The notes: generated by a model from the sequence alone, not told the origin. A stretch of DNA of 64,000 bases from Vulcanimicrobiota bacterium (GCA_963812155.1 CAWETW010000003.1:800001-864000), one strand, 5' to 3'. Numbered from the stretch's first letter, positions 38,020-47,511 are shown. A program made the numbers and translations.

Positions 38020-38677
38020 GCACGGGCCCTCCTTCGTTGGTGAATCGTCCGATTTGGGGACCGAGAATGCGCCGAAGAATCCGCACGGCGCGATGCACGT
38101 GAGACTTGACGGTCCCGATCGGCTGATGGAGAATCTCGGCGATCTCCGGGTGGCTTCGCCCTTCGATGAAGCGTAGCGTGGCGGCCGCGCGCAGGTGCAT
38201 GGGCAGCTGCATGAGCGCCTGTTCGACCAGCGCGACCTCGGCGTTGCGTTCCACGATCGCTTCGGGCTGCGGCGGCGCTTCGTTGGATTCGCGCAGCAAC
38301 GCGTCGGGATCGGCCAGCGCGTCGAGCGCGACGCTCGCCGGCCGCTTGCTGCGTAACCGGTTGCGCGTGACGTTCAAGGTGATCGTATAGAGCCACGGCT
38401 GAAGGCGCAGCTCGTCGCGTTGCTCCTGCGACATCTTTCCGAGCGCGCGATACGCGCGCACGAACGCGTCTTGGACGATCTCCTCGGCATCTTCGCGGTT
38501 GCCGGTCATGCGCAGCGCGAAACCGTACAGGCGCCGCTGATAGTCGTCGACGATTCCTTCGAACCCGTCGACGCCCGAAGCGGAGCCCGTCGGCAGCCGG
38601 ACGGTTGCGGCCTTTCCTTTCGGAACCGCTGATGGCACGTGAACTCCCCGTAGCAGCGGTGCCGCAAGTGCACTCAT
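38006..38677 (-). CDS. ECF-type RNA polymerase sigma factor
   Basis: Region 2 (YQRRLYGFALRMTGNREDAEEIVQDAFVRAY..WLYTI..N..RN) and region 4 (LP...RA...LRF.EG.S..EIA.IL..PIGTVKS.VHRA). Confidence 0.93.
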   Translation of the reverse strand: MSALAAPLLRGVHVPSAVPKGKAATVRLPTGSASGVDGFEGIVDDYQRRLYGFALRMTGNREDAEEIVQDAFVRAYRALGKMSQEQRDELRLQPWLYTITLNVTRNRLRSKRPASVALDALADPDALLRESNEAPPQPEAIVERNAEVALVEQALMQLPMHLRAAATLRFIEGRSHPEIAEILHQPIGTVKSHVHRAVRILRRILGPQIGRFTNEGGPVHALS

Positions 38678-38821
38678 ACAGTGACTCGGACCACTGCCGC
38701 CTGCCGCCAGGTTTCACGCGAGGACGGAAAAATCCTGAGCAGCGTAAAACATCGTGCGCGGGGGCGAGGCCGGGGTGGAGGGGCCCGACTCCTGAGGCAG
38801 ACTCCTAGAGGAGGACCGTTC

Positions 38822-39214
38822 ATGGGACTGCCGATCGAACCGACGGAAATCTCGTTCGACGCCTATACGATGTGCAGTTTTCTCCCCAATCTCGACTCCG
38901 CGCGCGCCATACCCCTCGTTCTCATCGGGTACCGTCAGAACGAGGACCCATGGTTCGTGTGGCTGGTGCCTGACGGCGGCGGCTTCAACGATGGGCTAAC
39001 CGACGATCCGTACTATGCGAAAGTGCTGCGCGATCCTCGCGCCTACTTTCGCAAAAAGCTCGCCAAATACGTCGAAGAAACCGGCTGCGTCAAGCGCGGC
39101 ATCGAAATGCTCGTCGACTGCCATCAGAATCACCTCGCGTTTACGCCGCTTACCGAGCTAAGCGAAACGCCGTTCCGCCACCCGCTGCACGTGGAGTTGG
39201 TGGAAGCGTTTTAG
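38822..39214 (+). CDS. Hypothetical protein
   Basis: Strong RBS gaggagga before ATG 38822; protein-like composition. Confidence 0.65.
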   Translation: MGLPIEPTEISFDAYTMCSFLPNLDSARAIPLVLIGYRQNEDPWFVWLVPDGGGFNDGLTDDPYYAKVLRDPRAYFRKKLAKYVEETGCVKRGIEMLVDCHQNHLAFTPLTELSETPFRHPLHVELVEAF

Positions 39215-39992
39215 GCCCTTTCGGGGTCGGCGGGCTCGGTCGCGGCGGCATGGGCGTGCCCGGCCGTCCGGTCGCGCGGATGTAACGGCGATAAACGATG
39301 CGCACGGGGAGGGTTTCTTTTCCGTCGTGGAGCTGCGCGACGATCGTAAGCGTCGCGTCGAGCGCGAGCAGGACGGCGTCGCCCATCGAATAGTAGGCCG
39401 TGCCGTCCATCCGCATGTGTCCGGACATCGTCGCGTCGGCGCGCGCCGGCATCGGCGCCGTCATCGGACCCTCGGCTTCGAAGCGTACGGCCACGGCCGT
39501 GCGGCCGTCGACGGCGCCGCCGGTCGCCGGGCGCAGATATCCGCGCAACACCGATTGGCCTCCCAGGGGCGACGTTGCCGAGAACGGGACCTGGCCGTGC
39601 AGATTCCGCAAATCGCGAATCGTCGCGCCGTCGAGCTGCACCGCGAACGGCTGGTTGAGGATCGTGAGAAAGTCGGGATCGTCGTCGAGATCGTCGACGA
39701 ACGATCCGTCGGACCGCAACTCTTGCACGAAACGTGCGTCGCCGTGCGAGCTGCCGTCTGCATCGCTGCGCGCGTAGTGCGCTTGGGCGTCGTAGCGCAG
39801 GTGGCCGTCGAGCCGGTCGACGGTCAAGCGTTGTGCGCCGACGTACTCGACGCGCGACACGACGCCGGCCGTGCCGACGTGGTACACGTCTTCGCCACGC
39901 ACGTCGTATTGCTGATCGGCGCGCGCGGGCAACGCCGCCGCCGCCAGCGCGGCGGCCAGAAGGCCCGCGATCGCTCTCGAAAACACCCGCAT
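39150..39992 (-). CDS. Secreted hypothetical protein
   Basis: Signal peptide MRVFSRAIAGLLAAALAAAALPARA; beta-rich body and Pro-rich tail. Confidence 0.65.
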   Translation of the reverse strand: MRVFSRAIAGLLAAALAAAALPARADQQYDVRGEDVYHVGTAGVVSRVEYVGAQRLTVDRLDGHLRYDAQAHYARSDADGSSHGDARFVQELRSDGSFVDDLDDDPDFLTILNQPFAVQLDGATIRDLRNLHGQVPFSATSPLGGQSVLRGYLRPATGGAVDGRTAVAVRFEAEGPMTAPMPARADATMSGHMRMDGTAYYSMGDAVLLALDATLTIVAQLHDGKETLPVRIVYRRYIRATGRPGTPMPPRPSPPTPKGPKTLPPTPRAAGGGTAFRLAR

Positions 39993-40003
39993 ACCGCTCC
40001 GGC

Positions 40004-40327
40004 TTAGCGAAGCGTTCCGGCGTGCCGCCGCCGGCCGATGTAGAAACGGACGTTGGCGGTGCCGCCGCATACGACCACCGCATCGGCGTCGGCAAAACGC
40101 CGCCCGTCGATGTCGACGGTGAAATCGCCCGCAGCCAAACCTGCGAGCGTGCGGCGAATGCTGCGTAAACACTTTTCGTGCGGAGCACGCACACCGATAA
40201 CTTCGCGTACCGCCAATGCGATCAGTTCGCGCACGCGCAACGGCGTTGCGAGCGCGAAGGCGCCGCAGGCGTCGGCCGCGACGGCGTGGAGATCGAGCGG
40301 AACCCGAACGCGAATCACGAGGGACAT
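40004..40327 (-). CDS. Small hypothetical protein
   Basis: ATG 40327; co-oriented with the downstream secreted protein. Confidence 0.45.
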   Translation of the reverse strand: MSLVIRVRVPLDLHAVAADACGAFALATPLRVRELIALAVREVIGVRAPHEKCLRSIRRTLAGLAAGDFTVDIDGRRFADADAVVVCGGTANVRFYIGRRRHAGTLR

Positions 40328-40377
40328 TTTCTGCTGCTTCGAGGAGCTGCCTGCCGATTGGGATAACCGTATGCGAC

Positions 40378-40776
40378 GTGTCCCTTTTTGGGAATGTGCC
40401 GGCCGACGTGCTGGTAGGCACGGTCGAGAAGGTCGTCGCCAAGATGGACGAGACCGAGCTCGCCGCCGTGTACTCGCGCGATCTCGGGGCATTGCCGGCC
40501 GATGCCTTCAGCGCCTTCGTCGAAGCGATGTTCGACGCGTTCCGCGAACGGGGCGAATCCTCTGAAGACGCCGTCGAAGGCGCGGGGACGACGCTCGAAA
40601 GCGTTTCGCGCCGTGACGACGGCGCCGTCGGCGCGTTGCTCGAGTACGCTCGCAGCAACCCGGGACTCTTGAAGGAAGCGACCACCCTGTTCGTCGAGCA
40701 GCGGCCGGATCTCGTCGCAACGCTGCCGCAGGTCCTGTACGGAGCGATTGCCGAGCGCTTGTCCGCGGCCACGTGA
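40378..40776 (+). CDS. Hypothetical helical protein
   Basis: GTG 40378; acidic helical sequence; stop overlaps the next start (GTGA). Confidence 0.6.
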   Translation: MSLFGNVPADVLVGTVEKVVAKMDETELAAVYSRDLGALPADAFSAFVEAMFDAFRERGESSEDAVEGAGTTLESVSRRDDGAVGALLEYARSNPGLLKEATTLFVEQRPDLVATLPQVLYGAIAERLSAAT

Positions 40777-41591
40777 GCGATTCGCCGCGGCGCCGCCGCA
40801 GCGACGACGACACCGGCGGCGGGTTGCCGCTCTTCCCCCTCATCGTCATCGTGATCTTCGCCGGATTGCTGCTGGGCGGCGTGCTCGCGCATTTCTTCGG
40901 CGGTTCGGGGGGCACGAACGGCAGCACGGTCGCCATCGCAACCGCGTCGCCGACACCGCTCGCTATGCGGCCGGCGCTTGCCACACCGCGGAAATTAGGC
41001 ATTACGCTGCGCAGCGCGTCGCCGTCACCGACCCCGCCGGCATCCGCGAAAGCATCACCCACGCCGTCCGCATCCGCGAAAGCATCGCCCACGCCGTCGG
41101 CGTCCGCGAAAGCATCGCCCACGCCGTCCCCGTCCCCGAGTCCGTCAGCGTCGCGAAAAGCATCGCCGACTCCGTCGCCGGCTGCGACGCGCGTTGCCGT
41201 TAAGTCGCCGGCGCCAAAAACGCCGGCGCCGGTGAAAACCGCAACGGTCGCAACGCCTGCCTCGGGACGCGCGGCGGCGGTGACGCCCGCACCGAACTAC
41301 GTGGCGCCGGGCACGAACGAAGCGGCCGGCATCGTTCGATCGTATCTAGGCGCGCTCGCGCGCGGCGACCGCGCAACCGCAACGTCGTATCTGGCGAGCG
41401 GCCTCCCCGGTGAAACCTTCATGAGCCCGGAGTCGCGCATCGTGTCGGTCCACTCGGTTCAAACGACGCGTTCGCAATATCGCGTCACGGCCGACGTGCG
41501 GGCATCAACGGGCGAGTATTACGTGACCTTCACGCTCGAGCCCGGAAGCGGCGGCCTGCAGATCGTCGACCACTACTCGATCCGGATGTAA
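40773..41591 (+). CDS. Membrane-anchored protein with Ser/Pro/Thr/Ala linker and small C-terminal domain
   Basis: Single TM (LPLFPLIVIVIFAGLLLGG) and ASPTPSASAK repeats. Confidence 0.7.
   Translation: MSDSPRRRRSDDDTGGGLPLFPLIVIVIFAGLLLGGVLAHFFGGSGGTNGSTVAIATASPTPLAMRPALATPRKLGITLRSASPSPTPPASAKASPTPSASAKASPTPSASAKASPTPSPSPSPSASRKASPTPSPAATRVAVKSPAPKTPAPVKTATVATPASGRAAAVTPAPNYVAPGTNEAAGIVRSYLGALARGDRATATSYLASGLPGETFMSPESRIVSVHSVQTTRSQYRVTADVRASTGEYYVTFTLEPGSGGLQIVDHYSIRM
41040..41129 (+). repeat. 3 x 30-bp coding tandem repeat (ASAKASPTPS)
   Basis: gcatccgcgaaagcatc(a/g)cccacgccgtc(c/g) units. Confidence 0.9.
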
Positions 41592-43220
41592 TCACACTTC
41601 TGCGCCGAGCCCGGTAGTGGCGCGCACTTGGAATTCGTCAAACATCTCTTCCGACGACGAATCGCGCACGAGCAGCGTACCGATAATCGCACCGGCAAAG
41701 CCGATTGGAATCGAGACCAGCCCGGGATTGTCGAGCGGAAAAATCGCGTGCGAACCCAAGGCAATGGGGCTGAGCGCGATGAGTGCGAGCGAGGAGATCA
41801 GCCCGCTGAGCATGCCCACGATTGCGCCGCCGCGCGAAAAGCGCCGCCACGAGAGCGCGAGCAACAGCACCGGCACGTTTGCGCTTGCCGCGACGGCGAA
41901 TGCCAATCCGACCAAGAATGCGACGTTGTAGCCGCGCATCAGGACGGAAAGGACGATCGCGATGGCGCCGACGACGACCGCAGCGGCGCGCGCGACGAAG
42001 AGCTGTTCGCGTTCGTCACCCATGCCGTTGCGCACCAAGCTAAACCAAATGTCGTGTGCGAATGCCGACGAAGCGGTAATGGTGAGACCGGCGACGACCG
42101 CGAGTATGGTTGCAAATGCCACGGCGGCCACGAAAGCCGCCAGCAGCGGCCCTCCGAGATGTCCGGCGAGCAAGGGTGCCGCGAGATTGGTGTTGGGCGA
42201 AGGCACCACGAACCCATTACGCGTGAGTTGAGAATCCAGCGCTTGCTTTCGTTCGGGATGGTGCGCGATGTATGCGATCGCTTCGCCCGCGTACAACCGT
42301 TTGCCGATGTGCTCTTGCCCGACGATCGTCGCCGCACCCAATCCCATGAACGACGTCGTGAGGTAGAAGATTCCGACGAGCACCATCGCCCAGGCCGTGG
42401 AAACGCGTGCCGCGCGCGCCGACGGCACCGTGAAGAAGCGCATGAGAATGTGCGGCAGGCCGGCGGTGCCCAACACGAGCGCGAGCCCGAGCGAAATGAG
42501 GTTCCAGGCACCGAGCGGGCCGTGGTACAGCAGCCCCGGCTGCAGCAGGTTCGTTTCGTTGCCGGAGACGCGCACGGAGGCGGCTGCGTGCAAAAAAGCC
42601 CCGAGCGAAAAATGAAAATAGCCCATCACGAGCAGCGAAAGCGCGACCGCGGTCGCGAGCAAGAGCGATGCTTTGATGATCTGCACCCATGTAGTCGCGA
42701 GCATTCCGCCGAAAAGCACGTAGACGAGCATGAGGACGCCGACGACGGCGATCGCGACGAAATCGGAGAACTGCGGAAGCAGCAAGTTGACGACCAAACC
42801 GCTGCCGACCATCTGCGCGATCATGTAGAAGAGCGTAACGGCCAAGGTCGACAGCGCGGCGATCGCGCGCACGCCGCGTCCGCGCAACCGGAACGATATG
42901 GTGTCGGCCATCGTGTACTTGCCCGTATTGCGCAGCGGCTCGGCGACGAGAAACAGCACCGCGAGGTATGCGACGAGCCATCCGACCGAGTACATGAAAC
43001 CGTCGAAACCGTAGAACGCGACCAGCCCGGTGATGCCCAAGAACGATGCGGCCGAGAGGTAGTCGCCCGCGATCGCCCAGCCGTTTTGGGCGGCGGTGAT
43101 GCGGCGGTCGGCCGTATAAAACCCGCGGCTGGTCGTACTCTGTCCGGCGGCAGCGTAGGTCACGACGAGCGTGATGCCGACGAAAACGGCGAAGATGACC
43201 AGCGACGGCTGCGCGTTCAT
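41592..43220 (-). CDS. actP: Cation/acetate symporter (SSS family)
   Basis: Motifs QNGWAIAGDYLSAASFLG, AEPLRNTGKYT, GTAGLPHILMRF, FATILAVVAGL; ATG 43220. Confidence 0.92.
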   Translation of the reverse strand: MNAQPSLVIFAVFVGITLVVTYAAAGQSTTSRGFYTADRRITAAQNGWAIAGDYLSAASFLGITGLVAFYGFDGFMYSVGWLVAYLAVLFLVAEPLRNTGKYTMADTISFRLRGRGVRAIAALSTLAVTLFYMIAQMVGSGLVVNLLLPQFSDFVAIAVVGVLMLVYVLFGGMLATTWVQIIKASLLLATAVALSLLVMGYFHFSLGAFLHAAASVRVSGNETNLLQPGLLYHGPLGAWNLISLGLALVLGTAGLPHILMRFFTVPSARAARVSTAWAMVLVGIFYLTTSFMGLGAATIVGQEHIGKRLYAGEAIAYIAHHPERKQALDSQLTRNGFVVPSPNTNLAAPLLAGHLGGPLLAAFVAAVAFATILAVVAGLTITASSAFAHDIWFSLVRNGMGDEREQLFVARAAAVVVGAIAIVLSVLMRGYNVAFLVGLAFAVAASANVPVLLLALSWRRFSRGGAIVGMLSGLISSLALIALSPIALGSHAIFPLDNPGLVSIPIGFAGAIIGTLLVRDSSSEEMFDEFQVRATTGLGAEV

Positions 43221-43585
43221 TGTTTGACTTCCCGCATTTCGTGATGGCGGATGCGCGCTGCCGCCAAATCGAAGGCGCGCGCGCGCCGGAGGTAGAGGGC
43301 CAGTAAGGTCCACGCCATGACGAACTGCGCTAGCGCAAAGCAATAGGCGAGCGTCAGCGGGCCGAGGACGGCGCGGCTCATGACGGCCGGCGCGAACCCG
43401 ACGGACAACGGCAACGCCAAGTAAAACGCGATAAAGAATATGGTTGCCGGCGCGACGAACCGCCGGCGCGCCGCGACGAGCGCGCGAAACTCGGGCTCTT
43501 CGGCTAGGGCCTCCCATTGTTGTGGCGTGATCCGGTGATGCTGCACGGGGTCGGGTTTTTCTACCCGGCGAGCCCCCCCTTTCAC
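43217..43585 (-). CDS. DUF485 (YjcH-like) membrane protein
   Basis: F.ALV..RRRF....F...Y pattern, two TMs, Y.RRA..FD; usual partner of actP. Confidence 0.85.
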   Translation of the reverse strand: MKGGARRVEKPDPVQHHRITPQQWEALAEEPEFRALVAARRRFVAPATIFFIAFYLALPLSVGFAPAVMSRAVLGPLTLAYCFALAQFVMAWTLLALYLRRARAFDLAAARIRHHEMREVKQ

Positions 43586-43815
43586 CGGTTACCGAGAAAA
43601 CGGCGAAGGTCGGGGCCGATCAGCTCCTCGATGGCGAGCGCGCTCACCAAAACGGCGCTGGCGACGATCGAAAAGGTCGGCATGCCGGGATCTTTCGGAT
43701 AGGGAATGGAGGTGACGACGATCCAGAGCGAGGCCGCAAAGAACGGCAATGCGATCGCCCCGGCGGCGATCCAACGAAGAAGCCCCGTCGAGAACGGCGC
43801 CTTGACGGCGACCAT
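43582..43815 (-). CDS. Small two-TM hypothetical protein
   Basis: 77 aa with two hydrophobic segments; overlaps the DUF485 start. Confidence 0.5.
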   Translation of the reverse strand: MVAVKAPFSTGLLRWIAAGAIALPFFAASLWIVVTSIPYPKDPGMPTFSIVASAVLVSALAIEELIGPDLRRFLGNR

Positions 43816-43887
43816 GCCGCCGAGTGCGAGCGCTATTGCGCCGGCGAGCCGAGCAGCGGCCTCGAGGACGTCGGCCGGCGCCGTCGT

Positions 43888-44280
43888 CTATTCCTCGTCG
43901 GGCCAGGCGGCGAGCCGCCCGATCGCGGCGCTCTTGAGCACGCGCAGACCGAGCATCGCGCACTTCATTCGCGTCGGGCTGATACCGATACCGACGTTTT
44001 CGAGCACGGTTTCCTTGGAGAGTTTGGCGACGTCTTCCAACGGCATGCCTTTGATCGTCTCGGTCAACATGGACGCCGATGCCTGACTGATCGCGCAGCC
44101 TTTGCCGGAGAAGCGAACGTCTTCCACGCGCCGGTTGCCGTCGAGCTTGAGTTCCATGTGGATCGTATCGCCGCACAACGGATTCAAATCGTCGGCCTCT
44201 ACGTCGGGTTGCTCGAGATGCCCGAAGTTCCGCGGATTGCGATAGTGGTCGAGAATATAATCGCGATAAAAGTCGTCCAT
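43888..44280 (-). CDS. sufU: Fe-S cluster assembly sulfur-transfer/scaffold protein SufU
   Basis: Motifs ILDHYRNPRN.G, NPLCGD, GCAISQAS, R.KCA.L. Confidence 0.92.
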   Translation of the reverse strand: MDDFYRDYILDHYRNPRNFGHLEQPDVEADDLNPLCGDTIHMELKLDGNRRVEDVRFSGKGCAISQASASMLTETIKGMPLEDVAKLSKETVLENVGIGISPTRMKCAMLGLRVLKSAAIGRLAAWPDEE

Positions 44281-44292
44281 GCCCGGCACGCT

Positions 44293-45552
44293 CTATAGCT
44301 TAAAGATCTGCGCGGCCTTTTCGAGCCCGGCTGCGAGAGCATCGACGTCGGCGTACGTGTTGTACAAGTAGAACGACGCGCGCGCGGTGGCCGACCATCC
44401 CATCTTATCCATGAGCGGCATCGTGCAGTGATGGCCGGCGCGGATGCAGATGCCTTCGGTGTCGAGGATCGACGCGAGATCGTGCGCGTGCACGTCGGCG
44501 AAGTTGAACGAAATGACGCCGGAAATGAGATCGGGATCGCGCGGGCCGTAGACGGACAAACCGCGCGGCTCGAACTCCGCCAACCGCTCGAGCGCATAGC
44601 CGGTCAGCGCGCGCTCGTGTTCGCGAATCCAATCCATGCCGGCGCTCTCGAGATACTCCACGGCGACGCCGAACGCGATGGCGTCGGCGATGTTGCCGGT
44701 GCCCGCTTCGAACTTGCGCGGCGCGGGCGCGAACGTGGCCCCGGAGTAGGCGACGCGCGCGATCATATCGCCGCCGTAGTCGAACGGCGGCATCGCCTCT
44801 AAAATGTCGTGCTTGCCGTATAGGGCGCCGATACCGGTCGGGCCGAGCATTTTGTGGCCGCTGAACGCATAGAAGTCGGCGTCGAGCGCCTTCACGTCGA
44901 CGCGGAAATGCGGCGCGGCTTGCGCGCCGTCGACCAGCACCACCGCACCGGCGGCATGTGCCCGCGCGATGACCTCGCGCAGGGGGGCGATCGTGCCGAG
45001 CGTGTTGCTCACGTGACCGATCGCGACGATCTTGCAGCCGTCGAGCAGCGCGTCGAGATCGTCGAGGATCAGCATACCGCGCGAATCGGCCGGAATGAAG
45101 CGCAAGCGCGCTCCCGTGCGCTTCGCCAGAGCCTGCCACGGAACCAGATCGGAATGGTGCTCGAGCTCGGTCGTTAAAATCGCGTCGCCCTCGCGCACGT
45201 GCTCTGACCCCCACGAATACGCGACCAGATTGATCGCTTCGGTCGTGTTGCGCACCCAAACGATCTCGGACGTGCCGGCGTTGACGAAGCGCGCCACCTT
45301 CACGCGAGCGGCTTCGTACTCCGCGGTCGCGCGTTCGGCGATCTCGTAGACGCCGCGATGGATGTTCGCGTTGTAGCGTTCGTAGTAGTCCACCAGCGCA
45401 GCGATCACGGCTCGGGGCTTCTGCGACGTAGCCGCCGAATCGAGATAGACCAGACGTTTGCCGCGCGACGTCGGCCGCGCGAGAATCGGAAAGTCGGCCA
45501 CGATCCCGGCGGCCTTGGCGTCGAATTCGAGGGCGTTGAGGGCCTGCGTCAC
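44293..45552 (-). CDS. sufS: Cysteine desulfurase
   Basis: Motifs YLDSAATSQKP, EHHS, SGHKMLGPTGIG, RAGHHC. Confidence 0.95.
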   Translation of the reverse strand: MTQALNALEFDAKAAGIVADFPILARPTSRGKRLVYLDSAATSQKPRAVIAALVDYYERYNANIHRGVYEIAERATAEYEAARVKVARFVNAGTSEIVWVRNTTEAINLVAYSWGSEHVREGDAILTTELEHHSDLVPWQALAKRTGARLRFIPADSRGMLILDDLDALLDGCKIVAIGHVSNTLGTIAPLREVIARAHAAGAVVLVDGAQAAPHFRVDVKALDADFYAFSGHKMLGPTGIGALYGKHDILEAMPPFDYGGDMIARVAYSGATFAPAPRKFEAGTGNIADAIAFGVAVEYLESAGMDWIREHERALTGYALERLAEFEPRGLSVYGPRDPDLISGVISFNFADVHAHDLASILDTEGICIRAGHHCTMPLMDKMGWSATARASFYLYNTYADVDALAAGLEKAAQIFKL

Positions 45553-46748
45553 GACAGTTTGGCCGCCAGCGCGACGCGGATGCTTTCGCGCAGCGCTTCG
45601 GTCGGAAACCGTGCGATCGCCGGTTCGAAAAAGCCGAGCGCAATCATTCGTTCGGCGGCGGCGCGTTCGATGCCGCGCGTGCCCATGTAAAAGATCTGCT
45701 CGGCGTCGAGCGCACCAACGGTAGCTCCATGAAACGCCTTGACCTCGTTCGCACCGATCTCGAGCGCGGGAACGGAATCGACGTGGGCTTTTTCGGAAAG
45801 CAGAAGCGCGTCGTCGCGCAAGCTGGCGTCGCTCCCTTGCGCGCCGGGAGCGATGCGAATGTTACCGAGATAGCGGGCTTGCCCGGAGTCGACGGCTGCG
45901 GATTTCACGATCGTTTCGGACGTGGAGTCGCCGGCCGCGTGATGGACCGTGCTCACGACGTCGACGTGCTGCGTGTGATTCGGAAAAAACAACGCGGTGA
46001 CTTCCGCCCTCACGCCGGGATTTTCGATTGCGACCGAAAGGTCGGCGACGACAAGGCCGGCCCCCAACTCAGCGCAATGCCACGACACCGCGGCGTCGCG
46101 GCCCGGTTTCGCCGCGCGCGTGAAGACCGCGCGTGTCGACGGTGCGAGCTGCTGGCAGCTCGCGTACACGATCTGGGCGCCGGCTTCGGTGACGATCTCC
46201 GCCGCGCCGCAAACGAAGGCTTCGTCCGAACCGTCGCAACGCTCGACGATCGTGGCACTCGCGCCGCGCTCGGCAAGAACGACGGTGTACGGAAAGATGC
46301 TCGTTCCGGCCTCGGCATCGTACGCGATCTGCACCGGCTCCGCGTTCGCGCAGTCCGCAGGAACGTAAACGAAAACGCCGAGCCGCGCGAAGGCGCTCGC
46401 GAGCGCACCGAACTTGGTCGCGGCTACGCCGGTTACGCCGAGTGCGCGTGCGAGCAGTTCGGGATGCTCGGCGGCTGCTGTGGCGAGATCGCAGACGAGG
46501 ACGCGCGGCGGACGATGCTCGATGCGAACGCTGCCATACTCCGGCGCGATCGTTTCTGCGGCAGGCGCGAGCGACTCGAGGTCGATTCTCCAGTATCGGC
46601 CCGGGCGTTCGCGCCCGCTGCGCGTCGAAATAAACCGTTCGAGCGCGGCCGCGCGCGCGCCGCGAGCGAGAGGAACGTCGCCGAACGCGTCGAGCCGGTC
46701 GCGAAGCGCTCGTTCTTCGGGAGCGACGGCGCGGACGGCGCTAAGCAA
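45549..46748 (-). CDS. sufD: Fe-S cluster assembly protein SufD
   Basis: Beta-helix C-half with G.IRI, LLLS..A.VDS.PALEI.ANEV.A.HGATVG.LD.EQ.FYM..RGI; probable TTG start 46748. Confidence 0.82.
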   Translation of the reverse strand: MLSAVRAVAPEERALRDRLDAFGDVPLARGARAAALERFISTRSGRERPGRYWRIDLESLAPAAETIAPEYGSVRIEHRPPRVLVCDLATAAAEHPELLARALGVTGVAATKFGALASAFARLGVFVYVPADCANAEPVQIAYDAEAGTSIFPYTVVLAERGASATIVERCDGSDEAFVCGAAEIVTEAGAQIVYASCQQLAPSTRAVFTRAAKPGRDAAVSWHCAELGAGLVVADLSVAIENPGVRAEVTALFFPNHTQHVDVVSTVHHAAGDSTSETIVKSAAVDSGQARYLGNIRIAPGAQGSDASLRDDALLLSEKAHVDSVPALEIGANEVKAFHGATVGALDAEQIFYMGTRGIERAAAERMIALGFFEPAIARFPTEALRESIRVALAAKLS

Positions 46749-47511
46749 TGGCCGCAATCTCCTCGCGAATCGTATCGTAGCCTTCACGTTCGATGCGATC
46801 GGCAAGATCGTGACCGCCGGTCTTTACGATGCGTCCGTCGATCATGACGTGCACGACGTCGGGCGTGACGTACTGGAGGATGCGGGGGTAGTGGGTGATG
46901 ATCAGCAATCCGATCGATTTGCCGTCTTCGCTCGCGCGCAGCCCGTTGAGCGAGTCGCAAACGTCCTGCAGCGCGTCGACGTCGAGTCCGGAGTCGGTTT
47001 CGTCGAGGATGGCATACTTCGGCGAGAGCATGGCCAGCTGAAGCATCTCGAGCCGTTTCTTTTCGCCACCGGAGAAGCCGTCGTTGAGATAGCGGCCCAT
47101 GAACGACGGGTCGATGCCGAGCGCGTCCATCTTTTCCAATAACAGTGCGCGAAACTTGGCAGGCGCGAGATCGCCGGGCCGAACCGCTTGCCGCGCCGCG
47201 TGAAGAAAGTTCGCCACCTTGATCCCCGGGATCGCGGCCGGATATTGAAACGAAAGAAAGAGACCGGCCCGCGCGCGCTTGTCGGGCGCCAGCGCGAGCA
47301 GATCCGCGCCGTCGAGTTTGACGGCGCCCTTCGTCACGTCGTACTGCGGGTGTCCGGTGAGGGCAAACGCGAGCGTCGATTTGCCGCTGCCGTTGGGTCC
47401 CATCAAAGCGTGCACGCGACCGGGCTCGACCGTGAGGTCGATGCCTTTGAGAATTTCGTTCCCGGCGACGCTGCAGTGCAGGTCGACGATACGCAAGCCC
47501 GGCTCGGTCAC
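46741..47511 (-). CDS. sufC: Fe-S cluster assembly ATPase SufC
   Basis: Motifs MGPNGSGKST, FQYP, GFSGGEKKR.E, LDETDSGLDVD, ITHY; GTG 47511. Confidence 0.95.
   Translation of the reverse strand: MTEPGLRIVDLHCSVAGNEILKGIDLTVEPGRVHALMGPNGSGKSTLAFALTGHPQYDVTKGAVKLDGADLLALAPDKRARAGLFLSFQYPAAIPGIKVANFLHAARQAVRPGDLAPAKFRALLLEKMDALGIDPSFMGRYLNDGFSGGEKKRLEMLQLAMLSPKYAILDETDSGLDVDALQDVCDSLNGLRASEDGKSIGLLIITHYPRILQYVTPDVVHVMIDGRIVKTGGHDLADRIEREGYDTIREEIAAIA

Noticed and set aside
41040..41129. 30-bp periodic repeats here and at 62678-62780 as a possible CRISPR array
   Set aside because: The units are head-to-tail with no unique spacers, are in frame, and encode Ser/Pro linkers; no cas genes are nearby.
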